Shown here piece after piece: positions 24,056 through 27,823 of a stretch of DNA of 27,823 bases. Numbering within the stretch: the first letter of the stretch is position 1; the number at the start of each line of letters is the position of its first letter. The notes beneath the pieces were generated by a model. The model ran no database searches. It was given only the letters and a program-made list of their open reading frames with translations, and was not told the origin of the DNA. Origin of the DNA: a virus (lineage: Duplodnaviria > Caudoviricetes); IMG/VR virus record IMGVR_UViG_3300025296_000094, positions 1 to 27,823 of that record. One strand, given 5' to 3'. The translations under genes were made by a program, and so were the position numbers.

Positions 24056-24267
24056 GTGAGACTAGGGTAGTAATAATGTTATAACTCCTTCTAGGTTAGA
24101 GAGTTAGAAAAGTCTCACCACCCCCTGATTACCCCGCACTCAGGTGAGACGGTGAGACTTAGAAGTATACCACATGACTCATATTGGTCTCAACCTTGGG
24201 TTAATCTCAGGGGGTTGAGACGATACTAAGTCAGGTGTTTTCTGCGGGTTAGCTGCTGAAGTCTCAC
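24056..24267. repeat. Seven (G/T)TGAGAC motifs in mixed orientation: candidate replication origin or operator array
   Basis: Copies at 24056(+), 24112(-), 24144(+), 24152(+), 24187(-), 24215(+), 24261(-). AT-rich spacers. Two TAA(C/G)TC-N13-G(A/G)GTTA motifs at 24082-24106 and 24227-24251. Confidence 0.75.
24164..24193 (-). promoter_or_regulatory. Sigma70-type promoter TTGAGA-N18-TATACT with TGTG extended -10, facing the peptidase/holin cassette
   Basis: Minus strand reads TTGAGA ccaatatgagtcatgTGg TATACT; both boxes are 5/6 matches to consensus. Confidence 0.6.
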
Positions 24268-24281
24268 GCAGCACACCATGT

Positions 24282-24545
24282 TCAGGTCACGAACTCATCC
24301 GCACCGAGAATGAGGACGGGTCCGTAGAGGGATTGTTGTAGCAAGTGAGAGGCTGTGTGATTAGGATCTAGCTCCAGGATCAAGCCTTCTTCGTTGACCC
24401 AGACATCATGCCCCTCATACTGTTGGGGGCAGCGTTCAATATGGCCTTGCACACAGTGTTGTAGTTCCGCCAAGGTCCACTCGTTGGAGGCTGCCTTGGG
24501 TGTGACGATCGTCTCGGTCCCATCGGGTTGAATGAGTCGGGCCAT
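24282..24545 (-). CDS. DUF3846-like phage protein (87 aa)
   Basis: Start at ATG 24545 (TAATG overlap); TLAELQHCVQGHIE, VWVNEEGLILELDPNHTAS, GPVLI. Confidence 0.8.
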   Translation of the reverse strand: MARLIQPDGTETIVTPKAASNEWTLAELQHCVQGHIERCPQQYEGHDVWVNEEGLILELDPNHTASHLLQQSLYGPVLILGADEFVT

Positions 24546-24772
24546 TAGATGTTCTCCCCATTGGGGGCGTGAACCTTGGCATCCCACTCAGCTAGCAAGA
24601 GTTCCAAGGTCTTTAGCTCAGTCGTAACGTGGTCTAGGTCTGCTTGCAGTGCAGCACAACAGCTGCGCCTGTCTTCAATCTTTGCACGCAGATCCTCCAA
24701 GAATCCAAGGACGGTGCGCCGTTGGCGAGCTTCGCGTGTCGTGGGTGTGGTTGGGATCGTGTTGGTTGTCAT
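24545..24772 (-). CDS. Small coiled-coil hypothetical protein (75 aa)
   Basis: GAGGAGG SD 7 nt before ATG 24772 (ATGA overlap); heptad-like LEDLRAKIED...LQADLDHVTTELKTLELLL. Confidence 0.7.
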   Translation of the reverse strand: MTTNTIPTTPTTREARQRRTVLGFLEDLRAKIEDRRSCCAALQADLDHVTTELKTLELLLAEWDAKVHAPNGENI

Positions 24773-25002
24773 TCGCATTCCTCCTCTACGAGTGTATCCA
24801 GAAAAGTCAGGGCTGTTTCCATGGTGTGCCAGTCGGCCTCCGTGAATCCGGTCTTGAGCCACTCCCGATCGGCAGCCGGGAGGTCGGGCATGGCGTGTTG
24901 TATGAGGGTGCCTCCTTTCCAGTCAGCGAGTTGCTGTTCCGTGACCGGCAAGTCCCGTGTTACGGTGGTCTTGGTGAGTGGACTGGTGCGCGTCAGCTTC
25001 AT
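24769..25002 (-). CDS. Conserved-looking phage hypothetical protein (77 aa)
   Basis: AGGAGG SD before ATG 25002; RTSPLT..DLPVT..W.GG.LIQ.AMP.L...REWL.TG.T..DW pattern recalled from many phage early regions. Confidence 0.75.
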   Translation of the reverse strand: MKLTRTSPLTKTTVTRDLPVTEQQLADWKGGTLIQHAMPDLPAADREWLKTGFTEADWHTMETALTFLDTLVEEECE

Positions 25003-25012
25003 TGGTCCTCCT

Positions 25013-25915
25013 TTAGACAGTAACCCGCACGTGTGCATGGACAGGGGGGGTGATGGTGGCCTGCAATTCGAGCGCTTCCTCCGCGACAGCTCGTGCAGTC
25101 TCTTCACGCCAGAGGGCGGGGTTCGTCCAGAAGGTACCCGTGCTGGTGAGTGTTGCGTAGATGAGGTTCAAGGCTTGAATCGCTGGACGGTAGGGGTGAC
25201 TGCGGGTGTGCGCTGGAGCCTTAAGTGATCCACGCCCATTCCCTACTGCCATTGGATTGACGCGCACTTCTAGTGTGCCATGTGCGTCAAAGGACTGGTA
25301 GTTGACTGCCCAGTACCGCCCGTAGAGATCCCCTCGTTGGTTCGGGGCACAGTAGACATCCGCCTCCTCCGTGGAACGCCCTTCCGTGAGCCGCTTGTCC
25401 AACCACTGTCGGGTCTGGGGTGAGCAGCCCTCACCAATCCGCGTGAGTGAGGCTATCAGCAGGTTCCAGTAGAGTGGGTCGAAGGCGAAGGACCATTGGT
25501 CCCGTGTGCACCCCATGTGAATGTGCAGTCCGCACTTCCAGTCCACTATACTGGGGTAGTTTACAAGCACAAACTCCATCACCTCAGGCCAGCTCCGCAG
25601 GATCTCCGAGGCAGCTTCACCGGAGACATGCGTACCCTGGAGGTGACGCGGGAGGTGCACGGACCCATCTGACTTCAAGCCCAGCTCACGACGTGCGCGT
25701 CGCAGGGTATAGCCATCATAGGTTTCCTCGTTGCAGTACTCGCACCGCACCCACTCACCATATTCGTCATCGAAGTAGCACTCGTCGCAGTCTTCTGGCC
25801 GCGTGTTTTCGCCTGCGAGTCCTTCGTGTGCCCAATACCCTTCGAGTTCAACGCCTACTGTAGTGATGCCGTTGGGGAAGGAGAGCCTGTCGAGTTCGTC
25901 GTGTGTATAGAGCAT
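25013..25915 (-). CDS. Putative amidoligase (COOH-NH2 ligase, Amidoligase_2-like, glutamine synthetase/GCS fold) with CxxC...CxxC insert, 300 aa
   Basis: TVGVELE, KSDGSV, GEAASE, CGLHIHMG, RYWAVN, GTLEVR motifs; CDEC...CEYC insert. Confidence 0.85.
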   Translation of the reverse strand: MLYTHDELDRLSFPNGITTVGVELEGYWAHEGLAGENTRPEDCDECYFDDEYGEWVRCEYCNEETYDGYTLRRARRELGLKSDGSVHLPRHLQGTHVSGEAASEILRSWPEVMEFVLVNYPSIVDWKCGLHIHMGCTRDQWSFAFDPLYWNLLIASLTRIGEGCSPQTRQWLDKRLTEGRSTEEADVYCAPNQRGDLYGRYWAVNYQSFDAHGTLEVRVNPMAVGNGRGSLKAPAHTRSHPYRPAIQALNLIYATLTSTGTFWTNPALWREETARAVAEEALELQATITPPVHAHVRVTV

Positions 25916-25929
25916 AGTTGGTGTCCTTT

Positions 25930-26793
25930 CTACGCGAGGTTGACGGGGAAGTAATCACGTTTGGGTGTCACCCAGTGGTCAAGACAGTCCTGACAGATGG
26001 GTTGATGGTCGATCGTGGCTGCCTCCCCGCCCTCGAGGAGCGGGGTGTTGCATCCTGCACAGGTGTGTACGACGACTGGCGTAGCTGGCGTGGCTTCCCA
26101 TTCGAGTTCGACGACATCATCCTCGTAGTCATCCCACCCCATGTAGCCATAGTCCCGCCAGCGCTTCTGCCCCTGTGCCTGTGAGGGTGTGAAGAAGCGG
26201 GAGGTGATGGTCTGTGACCAGCAGTGATGCAGGTTGCTATACAAGCAGCCTTTGGTGGTGTCAGGGTTGATGGTTGTGCCCTTCGTCCACTGTCCATACG
26301 TGCGTATCCCTGCGGCAGTGAAGAGGGCCAGCTTCCCTGCCTGCTTCGCAATGAAGTCAGCAACGCTGTCCTGGTTGGTGTTCTGCGCCTCCTTCCACAG
26401 GACATAGGCCATGATGCGTGTGTCCGAGACCGGTCCACGCAGGGCTGCCCGCCGCTCGAACTGGGCATGCTCATTCCAGACACCGTTGTGGAACAGGAGT
26501 TCCTTGGCCTGTCCCTGCAGGGTGACCCCCACGTTGCGGCTCACGGGGAAGGGATGACAGAGCAGGGGTGACATCCCCCCGTGTGTCGCCAGTCGGAAGT
26601 GCATGATGAAGGGCAGCGGGAGTGAGGTAGCGAGTTCCTGTGCCTCCTCCACTGAGAGGCCCTTCTTCCAGGTGATGAGCCGGTCATGTGGTTCTTGGTA
26701 GGCCACCCCAATACCATCACGGTTGGTAGCATCTGCGTCGATGATTTCCTGTGCGGCAGGGCGAGCGGTCTTTGCGATGAGTGCTAAACACAT
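25930..26793 (-). CDS. Class II (Ntn) glutamine amidotransferase with C-terminal zinc ribbon (287 aa)
   Basis: Start M-C at 26793 behind an AGGAGGG SD (Cys becomes the N-terminal nucleophile); NRDGIG, HFRLATHG, HPF, FHNG, SDTR; CAGC...CQDC tail. Confidence 0.9.
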   Translation of the reverse strand: MCLALIAKTARPAAQEIIDADATNRDGIGVAYQEPHDRLITWKKGLSVEEAQELATSLPLPFIMHFRLATHGGMSPLLCHPFPVSRNVGVTLQGQAKELLFHNGVWNEHAQFERRAALRGPVSDTRIMAYVLWKEAQNTNQDSVADFIAKQAGKLALFTAAGIRTYGQWTKGTTINPDTTKGCLYSNLHHCWSQTITSRFFTPSQAQGQKRWRDYGYMGWDDYEDDVVELEWEATPATPVVVHTCAGCNTPLLEGGEAATIDHQPICQDCLDHWVTPKRDYFPVNLA

Positions 26794-26812
26794 AGTGGAT
26801 GTCCCTCCTGGG

Positions 26813-27424
26813 TTAGGTGCGTGCGATGGTGACGGTAGTGGTGGTGGTTTGTGGGTAGGCGTAGTGGTGGTGACGCAAGGTTTCGAAGGCATTGCGCAGT
26901 GTTAGGTGTACACGCGCACAGTCTTCCTCCAGTTTGGCGTCATACGTGTGTTCCCACAGGCTTTCGTGGTCACTCGCGTTCACCATACGCACACGGAACT
27001 TCCGTGTGAGGTACTTGGTCTTGGTGAACAGCCGCAGGAACCCCAAGTGCGAGTGCCAAGCCTGATTGAGCCGCAGTGAGGGGTTGCCGTTGTAGGTTGG
27101 CGTCTCACAGTGCTCAAGGTTCCACGCTTGTAGGTTGTGGGTATCCAAGGGTTCTAGTACCTGTGGACACGAGCAGTTATTTAGCTGCCCGAAGTCCATG
27201 AGTGGCTCAGCGTTCGACCCTCGGGCCACGAGCTGCTCGGCCAACGCTTGCATCCACTCCACGAGTCCGGCATGGATGGTCATGCGTACTTCCATCCAGT
27301 CCGTTGGGGTAGAGCTGCCGTGCGACCAATGGGGTGAGGGTGTGTCCGGTGACAGGAGCACTCGACGAATCGACCACTCTGCCAAGTCTTCACCTTTGGG
27401 GATATGAATTACGTGTTGTGGCAT
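26813..27424 (-). CDS. Hypothetical protein (203 aa) directly upstream of the GATase/amidoligase pair
   Basis: AGGAGGG SD; same TAACCCAGGAGGG leader as the GATase gene. Confidence 0.75.
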   Translation of the reverse strand: MPQHVIHIPKGEDLAEWSIRRVLLSPDTPSPHWSHGSSTPTDWMEVRMTIHAGLVEWMQALAEQLVARGSNAEPLMDFGQLNNCSCPQVLEPLDTHNLQAWNLEHCETPTYNGNPSLRLNQAWHSHLGFLRLFTKTKYLTRKFRVRMVNASDHESLWEHTYDAKLEEDCARVHLTLRNAFETLRHHHYAYPQTTTTTVTIART

Positions 27425-27435
27425 TGATTCCCTCC

Positions 27436-27471
27436 TGGGTTATGGGTTATGGGTTCTGGGTGTGTGGGTTA
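27436..27471 (+). repeat. Five degenerate TGGGT(TA) units in an intergenic region
   Basis: tgggtta tgggtta tgggttc tgggtgtg tgggtta; reads as AACCC-rich on the mRNA strand. Confidence 0.75.
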
Positions 27472-27822
27472 TCGGTCTCCTTTCGCATAGGCTTGTAAGC
27501 GCTCAGCCAATGCCGAGATGTAAAGCTCTCGTGTCTTGAAGGACTGCGCAATTGGCAGCGTCTGCCCCATGCTGTCAAGCTGAGCGTTCAATGTCGGCAC
27601 GTCGAACGCCCCTGCTGCCTCAGTTCCCCGCACCAGGTACTCAGCCATCTTCCTGAACTGGGCGTCTGTTGTCGCCGTCAGTCCCATCTTCGTGAGGGGT
27701 GAGCAGATGACTGGCGCTGGCTTCGGGTCAGGCTGCCCAGCGTTGGTGAGTGGGAGTCTGCCTTCATACACCTCCTTGGTGTCTGTGTCTGTGACCGTGG
27801 CATAGACATGCTGTGCTTCATC
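27469..27822 (-). CDS. Hypothetical protein, 5'-truncated at the window edge
   Basis: Frame stays open past the track's GTG (27771) to the end of the window (DEAQHVYATVTDTDTKEVYEGRLP...). Confidence 0.65.
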   Translation of the reverse strand, partial: DEAQHVYATVTDTDTKEVYEGRLPLTNAGQPDPKPAPVICSPLTKMGLTATTDAQFRKMAEYLVRGTEAAGAFDVPTLNAQLDSMGQTLPIAQSFKTRELYISALAERLQAYAKGDR

Positions 27823-27823
27823 C

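Larger units (their letters stand above)
1..27823. mobile_element. Bacteriophage genome segment, podovirus-like: virion arm on + strand converging on replication/early arm on - strand
   Basis: Dense, translationally coupled ORFs (many TAATG/ATGA overlaps). Gene order nozzle, small tail protein, GNAT, ejection proteins. Phage-type PolA, SSB, Sak4, Cas4-like nuclease, M15 peptidase and DUF3846. No housekeeping genes. Confidence 0.95.

Noticed and set aside
20476-24267. CRISPR-Cas locus (Cas4-like gene plus repeats)
   Set aside because: Repeats are only 7-9 bp, mixed in orientation and irregularly spaced; no cas1/cas2 or effector genes.
24056-24267. Golden Gate (BsaI/BsmBI) cloning scars
   Set aside because: Flanking bases vary (GAGACT, GAGACG, GAGACC), the conserved unit is (G/T)TGAGAC, and there is no vector sequence.
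23088-26892. Longest-ORF starts given by the track (23393, 23655, 24587, 24862, 25107, 26892; also 3324)
   Set aside because: Downstream ATGs have SD sequences or stop/start overlaps, and the GATase needs Cys as residue 2, which fixes its start at 26793.
33-27407. Many 60-200-aa alternative-frame and antisense ORFs in the track (e.g. 410-853, 12195-12764, 17164-17757, 24644-25228)
   Set aside because: They lie within longer motif-bearing genes, show no recognisable motifs, and are expected as shadows in GC-rich DNA.
27436-27471. Telomeric repeat
   Set aside because: The unit is a degenerate TGGGTTA, not TTAGGG or TTTAGGG; it is short and internal to a phage operon.
1-27823. tRNA/rRNA genes, integrase/att sites, phage RNA polymerase, stop-codon reassignment
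   Set aside because: None recognisable; intergenic space is minimal and genes are full-length under the standard code with TAA, TAG and TGA all used as stops.

Overview
The window is about 28 kb of a tailed dsDNA phage with podovirus-like gene order; no integrase, host genes or tRNAs were seen. The + strand arm (1-15882) is a virion module: a 5'-truncated clan GH-A-like glycoside hydrolase, a P22 gp10/T7 gp12-like tail nozzle, a small tail protein, a GNAT-fold protein, and six putative internal virion/DNA-ejection genes ending in a 2296-aa giant. The - strand arm (15903-27823) carries replication, recombination, lysis and early genes. These are an RMF-like small protein, a family-A DNA polymerase fused to a family-4 uracil-DNA glycosylase, an SSB, a Sak4/AAA_24 ATPase, a 27-aa membrane peptide missing from the ORF track, a Cas4-like nuclease, a holin-like/HTH/M15-peptidase cassette, a DUF3846 protein, and an amidoligase plus class II glutamine amidotransferase pair. 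One AAA_25 helicase-wHTH gene is inverted relative to its neighbours, behind a perfect 17-bp palindrome that forms extended -10 elements in both directions. A non-coding region at 23985-24281 holds seven TGAGAC repeats, a sigma70-type promoter and competing hairpins. The most unusual elements are the polymerase (UDG fusion, His at the 762 position, Zn-finger-like thumb insert), the RMF-like gene coupled to it, and the amidoligase/GATase pair. All family assignments come from motif recognition by eye; no searches were run.
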